Assembly (NCBI GenBank): GCA_004764695.1
Contig: SMSO01000004.1
Coordinates: 868,001-932,000, forward strand
From: Schizochytrium sp. TIO01
Lineage: Eukaryota; Protista; Bigyra: Labyrinthulomycetes
Direction of reading: 5' to 3'
Length of the DNA stretch: 64,000 nucleotides
Shown: positions 35,701 through 46,111 of the stretch, piece after piece
Layout: every line of letters starts with the position of its first letter
Numbering within the stretch: the first letter of the stretch is position 1
Program-made: the position numbers and the translations under genes
Notes under the pieces: generated by a model
Databases searched by the model: none
Seen by the model: the letters and a program-made list of their open reading frames with translations, nothing else
Told to the model about the DNA's origin: nothing

Positions 35701-37523
35701 ATGGTGATGGGAAGTAAGAATGGTCACTCTCACCAGTCTGAGTGGATAGATTATATAAAACATTTCTCTTTTAGACTGTTTTTTGTTTTTTGTTTTAATG
35801 TTAAAACAAAATAAAAATTGGGTGAAAACTCAAGTCAAAAGCTTTTAGTACCTCTGCATCAACTTCCTTATTTCTTCTCATTTCTTGAACATGAAGAAGC
35901 AGACCGATGATGAAATGAGCTGTCGCTCAGCAGTCATTGATTCTGTTAACCAGACCAAACTGTAAGAGGAGGAGAACTGCAGGGCAAAGTTACAACGTGT
36001 GTTGTCTTCTGTTCCACAAATTTCAAGCTTCGATCCCAAGGAAGTGCTTAGCCACAATTAAAGTTAGTGAACACCACGCAACCTAGGTGCACCTATGATT
36101 TGACGCATGCACGAGGACATCGCTGACGCGAAGGACCTGCAAGTGAAGCGAGGAAGCTCTCGAACTGTGTACGATCTGAACAATGAATGCTGTGAGATGG
36201 TGAAGAACTTGAAGTACAGCTTACAGCCTTGGGGAGCTAATGAAGTCAGTGATTATCGGGATTTGGGAACTTCGTGTGACACGCTTGAGTTGCCACCTCA
36301 GGGTCTTCTTGAAGTTCTTGGCGAGCTTGAGCGTGTAATTAAGATTCTAAAGAATCACATATTACCCATTATTGAGCACGTGTTACAATGAAATTGAATG
36401 AAGCTGGAAACCCCTGAGGCATCTACTATGATCGCGTGCCAACCCAATACAGGTGAGAGCCCCGGCGGCTGAGCCATGGAACATGCCATGAGGTGCAGCA
36501 TAGATAAGGGTCGTCTTCGTGAAGTGTCGCACGCACTGGTTCTTATAGGCCAGACTCGGTTTTCAAGGCACGTTCGCAGGAACTTTCTCACCTCAAAGCA
36601 GTGCATCTTTTGTGGGACACATACTATAATCCCCGTCAAGCTTATTATTATCAATGAACTCGAAGTCGAACCTCAAGACATGAGTTCGCACAAAATCTAT
36701 GCTGTTGAAACCTGCAACCTCAAATGAAGAGCTCTATGACTTAGGACAGTCGTACATACCAACTTAAAGTCAGACACATCTCCAAAGGAACTTGCCTTGG
36801 CACCGGATGCGGTAAGTAGGGTACGTATTTCCGACGCAAGAGTCTTGACTCGTGCATGTCATTTCACTCGGTGCAGGCTAGCTTGTGGCCAAGGAGTTGA
36901 AGGAGCGAAAGAGTATTTGGGCAGCAGCAGACTAGAAAGTGATTACTTGTACTATCCAGGTACCCACTGGTTGTTTAACGCCCCCTCAAAACGCAGGATC
37001 AAATACTACTAAGCAGAATGCACATGTGTACAATATGTGTAGGGATGGTCTTTGGAATATACCTGCTGCAAACTTTATGCTCTTGACGTCGGGAATCAAA
37101 CTCGACGCATACCCAACCATTTCTATACCACACGGTGTAACTGCTTCAAGAGCACGAGCAACAACTGTGTCAGGATATAGAAATGAAGGGTTCTCACGGG
37201 TACCTATTTTAGACAGGAGAATGTGCCAAAAAGAAAGAAATGCACCTGTATCCAGTCTTACTACTCTGATCAATACTTCTACTCAAAAGTAAAAGCTGAC
37301 TTTTTCAGTAAGTTGGCCCTGGCTATCAAAATTGTGAGAAATATATTGAAATCATTTGCTTATCAAATTTTCTGCGGTTACTATTTAAACTATAGCAAAT
37401 TGAGCGTAATCTTCTAGTTTTGGCACAGAAATGTTAAACCATCACCACCCATGCGTGCCAGGGCTGAAGGGTGCACAATTGCGGAGACATCTTAAGACAA
37501 CAAACGAAGCAAGACACAAATAA

Positions 37524-40500
37524 TTAGGAGTGTTGCGAATGGTATGGGTGAAACATAACACGCTGCCGGGGGCTTCTCGAACGCCGTGGAAGAGGCAGAT
37601 CCCGAGAAGTTGACGCCGATTTCATCAAACCATCTGCCGGCCCTACTTCATGAGGAGGAAAGGGCATACTTGATGAAGATCTCGCAAGCCCATGCACCAG
37701 AGGTTGAGATTGAGAACGCGCACGTAAAAGCATAATCTCCCGCTCCAGACGACGGTTATTCAGAATAAGTTCTTTCACTGACAGCGTCAGCTGCTCAATA
37801 TCCTTTCTAAGGCTTTTCTCTTGCTCTTGTTCAGACTGGTGTGTGAAGATATCAAGTGAACTACGTGGCGCTTGAAATGAAGTTATCAGCTGAAGCTCTG
37901 ATTTTTCGTTCAAAGCCGCACCAAACTCTTTCTGTACCGGCTCGTAATAACCGCCAGAGCTTGAACGGCGTACACCTGAGCGCTTCTGTACCTTTGGCCA
38001 CGTAAATGTCTCCTTTCTCCCTCGAAATCGCAAGTATAGTCCAAAAAGCTTCGAGCGTATCCAGTGGAGCTTGGTGGCAAAATGATAACGTACACTCGCA
38101 AGCTCCTCAATGTAGGTACGTGGAAGCTCAACTTCAACAGTCTGATCAGCCATCTCTCGAACATACTGGTTTGACTCACCGGGAGGTAAATAACGACCTT
38201 CGCGCTCCGCAATCTGTGCTGCAGTGCGTGAAAAGAGAATCGAATTCAGTGCAAGCTCGTAGTGTTCATAAAAGAGCACTAGACGAGCCTTTTGCATCAT
38301 CCAAGCGGCCTGGGAATTCTGATTGATCTCTTCGTACGTATTGGTCATCACTGCAACTAGTAAATTAACCACTACGAGGCTTACCAACACCATGTACACT
38401 GAAAGCACAAGGAATGCAAACCATTTCCGCCAAAAAATTTGATCCTCATTCAGGGTAGTCACATCCAAGTTGAAAATAAACATGAACAAATTGATCCATG
38501 CCATACCCACAGAACCATACTCGTGCCCATCCTCCTCATCCTTGAACAGAATAGCCATTGATAGCGAAAACCCAGTAATCAGAGTAAACAAAACCATAAA
38601 ATAGACTGTGTTGCGTGAAATCATCTTGCGAATTGTCGCCATTGGTACACCAATAGACTCAAAGCCTTCGCCATAACCTAAACCGCGATAGAACATATGC
38701 GGCAAAATAACAGCACATAACACATCAGCCGTAATGAGCTCTGCGTCTGGCCCACTTCTCCCTTCTGTTGACTGATATGGGATGGCTCGCAACACCTGCG
38801 AAATGAACACAGACACATGGGGCAGAATGTAAAATGCTTCGTTCCGGAGTTTGCAGTGCAAGATTGCTCTCCAGCGTGGCAAGTCACTTCCCAACACCTC
38901 CGCGAGTTGGGCTTGAACAATGTGAATGTAGATGTAGCGCATGTTGAGCACGAAAAGTGCCAGATGGGCTACAATGTTCGACGCAGCCAGCACATTGTGT
39001 GCAGATGGATTGGTCCAAACTATTCCAAGCGAATGGTAAGGGAAAACACGATAGGTCGTGAACACAGAGTAAGCAATGAGGCTCGTGAAGATCACATGAA
39101 TTATAAACTCAAAAAAAACAACCTCACGCGTGAACAAAGTCCAGCGCGCATTCAACACAAATTGTACAACACGATGCGAAATTAGATCAGCGTTGTTCGA
39201 AAACACCATCTCTTTTAACGCAAAACTACTGTGCGGAATACTTCCTAGTAAAGAAATATTGTAAGAGTAGACCCGTGCATTATTTTCCCAATGAAGGAAA
39301 TTACGTTGCTGGTCCAGCACTTTAAGAGCCAATGAAGGTCTTTCAATTACGATGACGTTGAAAAATGCCTCATAAAACGACGAGGATCGAGAGGAAATCA
39401 CATCTGTAAGGGTTTCTCCACTTTGCATCCGCTCCACGTTCTGTGGATTGGTGTATCGACCCGTCAGGAACGCGCGTTTGAGAACAAGCCACTTGTCGCG
39501 TGCGCTCTGTTGGATCATACGTTTACGCAGTTTCGCAGCCAGATCAGGTGATTCAGGGCTTGAAGAATCAGATCCTATCGAAGATTTTGATGATATTGAT
39601 CCATATGTTGTTCCGCGCCCGCTCTCTGCGCTTCCATAAATAGAAGAAGCCCCATCTTGTTCTTGATCGCTATCTTCTGCACGACTAGCATTGCTCTGAG
39701 ACCGAAATCGCCGTCGCGAAAGCTCGAGGAGATAAAGGGCGACACGGTGCTCCTCATCGCTTGTGGCTCGTGATGCGGCTTCTTCAAGCGGAAGACGACC
39801 TTCGTTATTGCTGACGTCCAAACGAGCACCCTTGCTCACAAGATATTTGGCTACTTCCACGGACGTAGCCAGATGCAACGCAGTATTTCCAGAAAAATTT
39901 TGAAAACACACGTTCGCACCAGCACGAATGAGTGCCTTCACGACACGTTTGTTGTCAGCTGCAGTGGCCCATTGCAAAGGAGTAGAACCATTATATGTTG
40001 TCCGGGCATCAACCTCTGCACCGGCATCTAAAAGATAGCGTATGATGTCCAAGTTGTCATTGTGCGTAGCTGTATGCAAGGGAGTTTGGCCATTCAAGCC
40101 CCGAATATCCACATCTACGCCGTGCTCGACTAACAATCTGCAAACCTCAACAGCACTTGCAATGTGCAATGCGCTGAGACCGTAGGATGCCGTATCTTTC
40201 ATCGGATTGAGCTGCGACGCGGATTCTGGAGAAAGTAACTCTAAGCTCTTACGGACTTGCTTAGCATCTCCTGACCGACTAGCACTCATGAGCTTGTAAA
40301 ACGCTGCTTCCGAACCCTCCACAAGGCTTCCTAATCTCACGAGAAGCCGATCTTCACGTGTATCGTACCCGCTTAAACTCCGACTCAAACGCATAGGTTT
40401 TGCATCACCGCCATTTTTCATCCGATGTTCCGAGTCTGATTCTGCCTCTGTGTCATCAGATTCATCTGTGCCTGAGGCAGCCTGAACATCACCGCCGTGC

Positions 40501-41582
40501 GATAAACCCACTTCCTGCGGCAACGCCTGAGACCTCCCTGGTTGAAATAAGCCTTTACTTGAAGCATCAACACCATCATGAACGCGAGAAGCTTTCGGGG
40601 CACCAACATAGAAGTTATCCGAGCTCTGTACCCTCCCGATATTGCTTTCATTGCCAGGAAGAAAAGAAGATTGATTCATGCTACCAGAGCGGTCAAAATT
40701 GTAGTCGTAATTGGGACCACTGCTGTTATCTTGTGGAGGGATCCCAGCTCCATTAAACTCGGATCGCTGCGGAAAAGACCGCGGGCGCTCTCCTGGACGG
40801 TGCTGGATATACTCTCCAGAGTGCTGTAGCGTGCCTTGCTCGAAGTTCTCTGGTAGGGGTAGTAACGAGTCCAGCTGTGAACGGCGCGAGGTTTCCTCAG
40901 CGCTCCACCGATACGGCAGCCTTGAATCTGCCGCTCGGAACGCAGCACCCATAAGATCGGATGATGAAGAAGCTGCGTAATGGGACCCAGAACTCCAAGC
41001 AGACGATGGAGACTTCAGTTGCCCATGTGAGGAGGATGGTGATTGTGATTGAGTTTGAGAAGACTCCAGCGAAGGTAGCATTGACGCCGACACGAAGTCT
41101 GTTGGATCACTTCCCATAGATCCTTGACGCCCAAACTTATCATTGCAATCGCTTGAAGTTGAAGATGGCGGTCCTGATGTCGTCGGCTCTAGCGGTGGTA
41201 ATAGCGAACCCCCAAAGGTATCATCATCTTCTCCTTGAAGGTCATTGTCACCGAATTCTTCGTTCTTGAAGCCCTCAGTTTTCGAATCTAGATTATTGAA
41301 AGCTTTCTTCTTTGCTTCCTCACCCTTTGGAACCTCGGTCTTCAACTTTTCACTGTTGGGCTTTCCGCTGCCAGGCTTCTCGCCTTCGGGTTTCACGGGA
41401 ATCTCCCCGTTATCCCTGTCCTCTTGACTGCCCTGCGTCTCAGTCTCATGCCCGATCTCGCTTGGGAGGCCCTCGTGCGGGCCTCCAAGGCCACGCTCTA
41501 CGTCTTGAGTAGCCTCATATCGGTCACCGTTGACGCTATCCTTGTCGCTACCGCCGCCGACAGTGTCGCCACTGCTCGCCAT
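37524..41582 (-). CDS. Ankyrin-repeat TRP-family cation channel (TRPA/TRPV-like architecture)
   Basis: Long disordered N-terminus, ~4-5 ankyrin repeats (GQTPLH, GSTPLQ, GNTALH), six TMs with pore helix, S6/TRP-helix NLLVAVMTNTYEEINQNSQAAWMMQKARL and a C-terminal coiled coil. Confidence 0.88.
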   Translation of the reverse strand: MASSGDTVGGGSDKDSVNGDRYEATQDVERGLGGPHEGLPSEIGHETETQGSQEDRDNGEIPVKPEGEKPGSGKPNSEKLKTEVPKGEEAKKKAFNNLDSKTEGFKNEEFGDNDLQGEDDDTFGGSLLPPLEPTTSGPPSSTSSDCNDKFGRQGSMGSDPTDFVSASMLPSLESSQTQSQSPSSSHGQLKSPSSAWSSGSHYAASSSSDLMGAAFRAADSRLPYRWSAEETSRRSQLDSLLPLPENFEQGTLQHSGEYIQHRPGERPRSFPQRSEFNGAGIPPQDNSSGPNYDYNFDRSGSMNQSSFLPGNESNIGRVQSSDNFYVGAPKASRVHDGVDASSKGLFQPGRSQALPQEVGLSHGGDVQAASGTDESDDTEAESDSEHRMKNGGDAKPMRLSRSLSGYDTREDRLLVRLGSLVEGSEAAFYKLMSASRSGDAKQVRKSLELLSPESASQLNPMKDTASYGLSALHIASAVEVCRLLVEHGVDVDIRGLNGQTPLHTATHNDNLDIIRYLLDAGAEVDARTTYNGSTPLQWATAADNKRVVKALIRAGANVCFQNFSGNTALHLATSVEVAKYLVSKGARLDVSNNEGRLPLEEAASRATSDEEHRVALYLLELSRRRFRSQSNASRAEDSDQEQDGASSIYGSAESGRGTTYGSISSKSSIGSDSSSPESPDLAAKLRKRMIQQSARDKWLVLKRAFLTGRYTNPQNVERMQSGETLTDVISSRSSSFYEAFFNVIVIERPSLALKVLDQQRNFLHWENNARVYSYNISLLGSIPHSSFALKEMVFSNNADLISHRVVQFVLNARWTLFTREVVFFEFIIHVIFTSLIAYSVFTTYRVFPYHSLGIVWTNPSAHNVLAASNIVAHLALFVLNMRYIYIHIVQAQLAEVLGSDLPRWRAILHCKLRNEAFYILPHVSVFISQVLRAIPYQSTEGRSGPDAELITADVLCAVILPHMFYRGLGYGEGFESIGVPMATIRKMISRNTVYFMVLFTLITGFSLSMAILFKDEEDGHEYGSVGMAWINLFMFIFNLDVTTLNEDQIFWRKWFAFLVLSVYMVLVSLVVVNLLVAVMTNTYEEINQNSQAAWMMQKARLVLFYEHYELALNSILFSRTAAQIAEREGRYLPPGESNQYVREMADQTVEVELPRTYIEELASVRYHFATKLHWIRSKLFGLYLRFRGRKETFTWPKVQKRSGVRRSSSGGYYEPVQKEFGAALNEKSELQLITSFQAPRSSLDIFTHQSEQEQEKSLRKDIEQLTLSVKELILNNRRLEREIMLLRARSQSQPLVHGLARSSSSMPFPPHEVGPADGLMKSASTSRDLPLPRRSRSPRQRVMFHPYHSQHS

Positions 41583-42157
41583 TCTCGCGAGCTCCGCGCA
41601 AACACGAGATCGAGGAATGAGCGATTGAGTTATCTCTTCAAAGTTTTTTTAGGGGCGTGACGGGATCAATCACTTTAGACTGCGCAACTCATTTTGCATT
41701 GCACAACGCACTTTCAAAGTCCCGTTCTTTTCGTGTCAATCGTTCTTTTCGTTCGAAAGTGAACTCCAGCTCAACGGATAGCCAGTTAGTCGCAGGAACT
41801 AGATAGCATGGAGAGGCTTGGGAGCGCGTCTGCAGCAGTTGATTGCAGGCAGCATAAACATCAGGAAAACGCGGAACTCGACAAGCAGGACAATATAAGA
41901 TACTTCCCAAGCTCTTGAGATTGGAGATTGCAGTGTAGTCTGTAAGACAGAAGATATCGAGACATTTATTGGGGGAGCGGGGTTGTGACATAAGTAGATT
42001 TTGTTTGTCACTCACTTTGAGGTTTCCACCAGTGAGGTTTGGACTATAAACACCGCCAAGAGACCTCGCTAGCGTCTTAAGTGATGGAAGCTTGACTTTG
42101 GACCCTTAAAATCAAAATCGTGGTTTTAGAGGCAATCCTGTATGAAAGCTCGCTACC

Positions 42158-43549
42158 ATGGCTACACAAGTCGCCGAGGTACTCAACTCGAGCCGTGCTC
42201 TGGCTATGAAAGGGGATATGCACGAGGCAGTAGCTATTTTGTTAAGAAAACGGCACGAGCTTCAGCAGCAGCAACAATCTGATTCAGTACAGGGCATAGA
42301 CCGCCGCAATGAAGCCGTCTCAAGTTCTTTAGGAAGCAGTAAACCAGGGTCCAAGGCACTACTCAGTGCTATTGAAGTTATTAACAGCCGTGTTCAACCT
42401 TTACTGAATGACCTTCGGGCAAATGCCTGTGCTGCGCTAGGGGTAGGGGCCGATACACAGGCTGCAGAAGCCAAAAAGGCATATCGAAAGCTGGCGCTTC
42501 GTTTCCACCCGGATAAAAGTGAGGGCACTACAGACTTATTTCATTGCATTCAGGAAGCATTTGAGCGCTTCCAGAGTGGTGGGCCCTTAGTCACCCCACA
42601 ACAGCCTCAAACTTCAAGTAGCTCTAGTTTTTCAGAGAGATTTAGAGGCCGGCAACGGCAGTCCCAGTCCGGGGGGAATGGGCGTCGCCAACGAGGTGCG
42701 GGCTCAGCAGCAGGATCTGGGGCCTCTTCAACAGCCTCGAATGGAGTTGGAAGCTCAGGTCCATTGCAGACACCTAAAAACCTTCGCATGATAGATCACA
42801 GCTCTGCTTCGGTAACAGTATGCTGGGACCCCCCTCCTGGAGCTACACCTTCACAAGTTTCTTGCTACGAGCTTCAGTTTAAAGAGGGTGACGATCGTGA
42901 TTGGCAAACAGCCAGCAACAGCTTGTCACGAACTAGCTGTCAAAAGCATAACCTTAAGCCTGCAACAACCTATAAATTTCGCATTCGTGCTTTGTCCTCG
43001 CAGACTGGGGAGTGGAGCCCATTCTCTGGCTCTGTCACTGCATCTACTATGGCTGCTGTTCCTCCTCGACCAAGAATTATCAGTGTCACCGCAAAAACAA
43101 ATCTTGGCACGGTACACGTTGTGTGGGAATCAGGGGTTTCAGCAGGTGGAGGACCATCAAAATATGTATTTGAGTTTCGTCCCAAAAAACCTTTCAGTCC
43201 TTGGATCGAAGTTGAGCCAGCCAACGAGTATGAAGCCGCTTCATGCACACGGATATTAAGGGATCTTAGTTTTACTAGGCCTTATCAGTTTAGAGTTAGA
43301 GCTCAAAACCAGGTTGGAACCGGTCCTTGGAGTGTCACAGCTTCCTATGATCCACCCGTCAATAGCTTAAAAACGCGCTCAGCCCGCAAAGTGGATATTT
43401 TGCGTGTAAAGCCTCTTCCCAATGTGAATGCGCGTTCTAAGACTTCTATGTATAATAATAAATTCAATAAAACCAAGGGCCATACTCCGCACACTACTTG
43501 GTCAACATGGGATGATTTATTCCAACCAGAAAATGATGAACCATTCTGA
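42158..43549 (+). CDS. J-domain (DnaJ) protein with two fibronectin type III domains
   Basis: J-domain KKAYRKLALRFHPDK; FN3 motifs P.NL..SVTVCWDPP..YEL..NLKPATTYKFRIRA..WS and DLSFTRPYQFRVRAQNQVGTGPWS. Confidence 0.88.
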   Translation: MATQVAEVLNSSRALAMKGDMHEAVAILLRKRHELQQQQQSDSVQGIDRRNEAVSSSLGSSKPGSKALLSAIEVINSRVQPLLNDLRANACAALGVGADTQAAEAKKAYRKLALRFHPDKSEGTTDLFHCIQEAFERFQSGGPLVTPQQPQTSSSSSFSERFRGRQRQSQSGGNGRRQRGAGSAAGSGASSTASNGVGSSGPLQTPKNLRMIDHSSASVTVCWDPPPGATPSQVSCYELQFKEGDDRDWQTASNSLSRTSCQKHNLKPATTYKFRIRALSSQTGEWSPFSGSVTASTMAAVPPRPRIISVTAKTNLGTVHVVWESGVSAGGGPSKYVFEFRPKKPFSPWIEVEPANEYEAASCTRILRDLSFTRPYQFRVRAQNQVGTGPWSVTASYDPPVNSLKTRSARKVDILRVKPLPNVNARSKTSMYNNKFNKTKGHTPHTTWSTWDDLFQPENDEPF

Positions 43550-43713
43550 ATGAAACAGCAAGAAAGAGTAGTCATGCAAACCTACTGTACAAGCGAACAA
43601 ACTAAATCGAAACTAAAACTTAAATGATAATAAATGTTTCAGATAAAACCAGCAGAAGTGACCCCAATATGAAGTAGACTCGAAAACGATGATGCTTTTG
43701 CAACCGAGGTTCA

Positions 43714-44949
43714 TCAAAGTTTAGTAAATTCAACCTTATTTAAGAAGGCATCAACCCGTGCCTCAAGGTTATGATTTACGTGAGCCTCCAAATCAGAAAC
43801 CAACTGCCGTGGAAGCCGCGAAAATCCGCACTCTGCACCTAAGAGCGCACCTATCAATGCCCCAGTACCAACGTTTTCACCACCACGGTTTGCGTTAGCC
43901 CAAACTGCCCGTTCAAAAGCCTTGGATGGACTGGTGCTCCCTGCGTCCTTCTTCATATTTACATCTTTATCGTTAGTCATGCCGTATTTATAAACCATAA
44001 CTAATACTGATGGCAGACTTTGAGAAATATAGCAAGCTGTCATAGGATCTGCACGAGATCTTGTTGCCGCATGAGCAACATCGATTCCTAAGCTTTTACC
44101 GATTGAAACAGCAGCATCTCGTGCAGGAATTCCTTTGGTAACATCTCGAAGAGCTGTGGCATAAAGTTGTGCCATTTGCGAGGACACCTTGGAGTCACGT
44201 GTAATACTGACCATTTCAGATGCCAATCGTGATGCATCTGAGTCGTCTGCTGGAGAAAGTGCCACAGGAATTGTTGTGACAAGTGCATCGCAGGTATCGA
44301 CATTATGACCATCATTATCTGGACACTTGTCCGGCGGATTTCCTTTTGCCCACTTTGCAAAGAACATACGATGACATGTTCCACAGTATGTGTCATTGTG
44401 AGAATCTGGAGTGGTCATGAAGTCAATATAATCCTTTGTGAGAGCCTCTCGATCAAACTTGCCATTGCTATCAGTAAGAACATCAACAGTACGCATCATC
44501 AGACTGCCCTCGAGGGTATTTTCTCCTGCCTTAAGAAGATTATGATAGTGGTGGTCTGCACCGGGTGCCCAATACTTTTTCTTGCCATGGAAAATAACAC
44601 TCCCAATTATATCGCCGTGATAGCCACCGCGACCTCCACCTCCTGTGTCTGATTTGCTCATGATCGAGCCTGGCAAATGGTCAACAGGTTTGGTATAATG
44701 TGTCAAGAGCCCGCCGTACACGTCCCGTACCTGCATAGCGCCTCCATAGAACCAATGCGTCGGTGCTGCTGCTGCGTCCATGATCAAGGCGCCGTAGATT
44801 GCCCCTTTGACAAAGTCTCGTTTGTTCATCGAGCTTGCCATTGTACTGTCCTGCACGATTTTCAAATCCGCTTTGCCACACGTAGAATCTCTTTCCGTGT
44901 CTTCTAATAGCCTGGGATCTTTCGCTGGCTTGCCCGCCACAAGACCCAT
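43714..44949 (-). CDS. ADP-ribosylglycohydrolase (ARH/DraG superfamily) protein
   Basis: KGAIYGALIMDAAAAPTHW at the N-terminus and ANANRGGENVGTGALIGALLGA...LP at the C-terminus. The true start may be a later Met (MASSMNK). Confidence 0.85.
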   Translation of the reverse strand: MGLVAGKPAKDPRLLEDTERDSTCGKADLKIVQDSTMASSMNKRDFVKGAIYGALIMDAAAAPTHWFYGGAMQVRDVYGGLLTHYTKPVDHLPGSIMSKSDTGGGGRGGYHGDIIGSVIFHGKKKYWAPGADHHYHNLLKAGENTLEGSLMMRTVDVLTDSNGKFDREALTKDYIDFMTTPDSHNDTYCGTCHRMFFAKWAKGNPPDKCPDNDGHNVDTCDALVTTIPVALSPADDSDASRLASEMVSITRDSKVSSQMAQLYATALRDVTKGIPARDAAVSIGKSLGIDVAHAATRSRADPMTACYISQSLPSVLVMVYKYGMTNDKDVNMKKDAGSTSPSKAFERAVWANANRGGENVGTGALIGALLGAECGFSRLPRQLVSDLEAHVNHNLEARVDAFLNKVEFTKL

Positions 44950-45390
44950 GCGTGAGCAAAAGAAACCAGCCCCGATTCAACTTGGTCTAATTTTAAGTGG
45001 AGTAAATCCCTTCAGTCAACTCTGCTGCCGCTTCTTCGTGCACACAGCGCTGTCGTTGTGGCTTTGATCAAGATGACCTCTTAAAGATCTTGCTTTCAGC
45101 CCTATCAGTTTACAACGGAGTTCTTCGTAATTCCTCTTGTTCTGGGTGCGGTGAGTTTTCTCAACCAGGACTCCACACCGACCTCATCGATCTTGCCAAC
45201 GAAACGCTGGACCCCTGCACTGTTTCAATTTTTGCTTTGTCTTCTCAATCAAGTGCTCTACACGACGTTGGCGGCGGGCTTGTGTATTTAGATCTAAAGT
45301 AGGATGCTCGTCTATTGCCAACAGAGCGTCCATCGCAGAGATTTTTGATCTTCTGAATGGAATACTAAATTTGTGATTGTTGTAAGCATC

Positions 45391-45414
45391 TCTTTCTCTC
45401 TTTCTTTCTTTCTC

Positions 45415-45508
<94 letters not shown>
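45391..45508. repeat. (CTTT)n microsatellite
   Basis: Seen directly. Confidence 0.97.
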
Positions 45509-45509
<1 letters not shown>

Positions 45510-46111
45510 CCCTGAGTTCCGCACAGCAAACAATTTGAGCAGCGGCAGGCGATGGATTGGCCACATAGTGGGGATCTATGCAATGTCTCTTTGAGGTGGC
45601 TGGACTTGGGAATATTTCGTGTGGATGGTATAGTAGTACTTTTTTTAAATTGATGACGATTCTAATCATATGCTTTGGAGATGCATAGGTTCTTTTCATT
45701 AGAACCGCCCAACTCATCCCGCAACACATGAGGGCCCTCCTGTACCTTGTCTCCGAAAAATGTTGTTGGGCCGCAGAGTTGATTGAAATTATCAGTATGA
45801 ATATCGTGCACGCTTGGGAGTTGAAAATTATCTCAAAACACTCAAAATTGAAGTTTATCTGAAGTTCTCCTATTTATGTAATGGATCAGAGAGGGGAGAT
45901 ACCCTAAAATCAGGACCGGTCGGCGCTCTCCTCATAATATACCTCAGGGGATATCGCACCACCCCAGAGTACAAGGCTAAGGAAAGGGCAGAGCTCGAAA
46001 ACTTACTGGTCACATTGAATTTCTATGTTTCATCAAAGTATGAAAGTAAAATCGTGTGTTATTTTCTTCTTTATTATCCCAGTTCTAAATGTGGCTTTAA
46101 AAAAGCTCAAA

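Noticed and set aside
36939-37292. HVYNMC resembling the PTEN IYNLC motif
   Set aside because: No HCxxGxxR phosphatase motif follows; similarity is too weak.
37524-44949. ADP-ribose link between the ARH enzyme and the TRP channel (TRPM2-like gating)
   Set aside because: The channel has ankyrin repeats and no visible NUDT9-H or MHR domain; proximity alone is not evidence.
45184-45729. KERK-repeat ORFs
   Set aside because: Artefact of the (CTTT)n tract.
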